A DNA stretch of 64,000 bases, taken from NCBI RefSeq assembly GCF_964355755.1, contig NC_092674.1:20150001-20214000 (forward strand). Direction: 5' to 3'. The translations under genes and the position numbers were made by a program. This document shows, in pieces, positions 63,901 through 64,000 of this stretch. The notes under the pieces are model-generated. The model saw only the letters and a program-made list of their open reading frames with translations. It did not search any database and was not told the origin of the DNA. Origin of the DNA: Antedon mediterranea (taxonomy: Eukaryota > Animalia > Echinodermata). How positions within the stretch are numbered: position 1 is the first letter of the stretch; every line of letters starts with the position of its first letter.

Positions 63901-64000
63901 ACCTAGAATATATTAAAATCGGGGTGAAAATAGACAACGAATAAGTGGAGATGCGCTCTATTAAATGTGATGAGCTATGACGAAAGAGACAAAAATCCTA
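60940..64000 (-). repeat. Tandem array of ~1.15-kb Helitron/Helentron-like units (boundaries ~60941, 62091, 63234; runs off the window)
   Basis: Each unit starts on + with AACTAGA..., hairpin AACTCGTCACTtTGACGAGTT and TTATCCGC, i.e. hairpin plus CTAG 3' end on the minus strand. The two complete units end AACAAAATTC...GAAAGAAAGAAGAA. Periods 1150 and 1143 bp. Confidence 0.8.

Noticed and set aside
39500-64000. Numerous 60-110 aa ORFs in the ORF track
   Set aside because: AT-rich low-complexity translations with no recognisable domains or consistent splice structure, apart from those assigned to TE fragments.

Overview
AT-rich genomic DNA from a eukaryote with GT-AG spliceosomal introns; a marine invertebrate, possibly an echinoderm, is an inference. 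The window has three zones. (1) 1-~25.5 kb is a dense nest of transposons: BEL/Pao RT remnant, CR1 LINE 3' end, an apparently intact 6.1-kb Sola1 element (1783-7871, AAAT TSD), Academ remnant, Helentron-type non-autonomous element, two decayed hAT transposases, Gypsy fragments with a 3' LTR, and a MULE/SWIM-like remnant. The spliced Sola1 transposase carries about 56 in-frame 27-bp repeats. Nearly all coding TE remnants lie on the + strand. (2) 26.4-39.5 kb holds a complete CCDC39 gene (20 coding exons, 967 aa) with an RFX/FOX-like promoter and intronic MITEs plus a 5S-derived fragment. (3) 39.5-64 kb has no recognisable host gene; it contains MITEs, Helitron-like repeats, candidate enhancer islands and a ~1.15-kb tandem array with Helitron-type ends. 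Best leads: the minisatellite-expanded Sola1 transposase, the strand-biased TE cluster upstream of the CCDC39 promoter (candidate uni-strand piRNA cluster), a Gypsy-protease templated insertion, and a hAT family with 5- and 6-bp TSDs. All family calls are from motif recognition by eye, with no database search.
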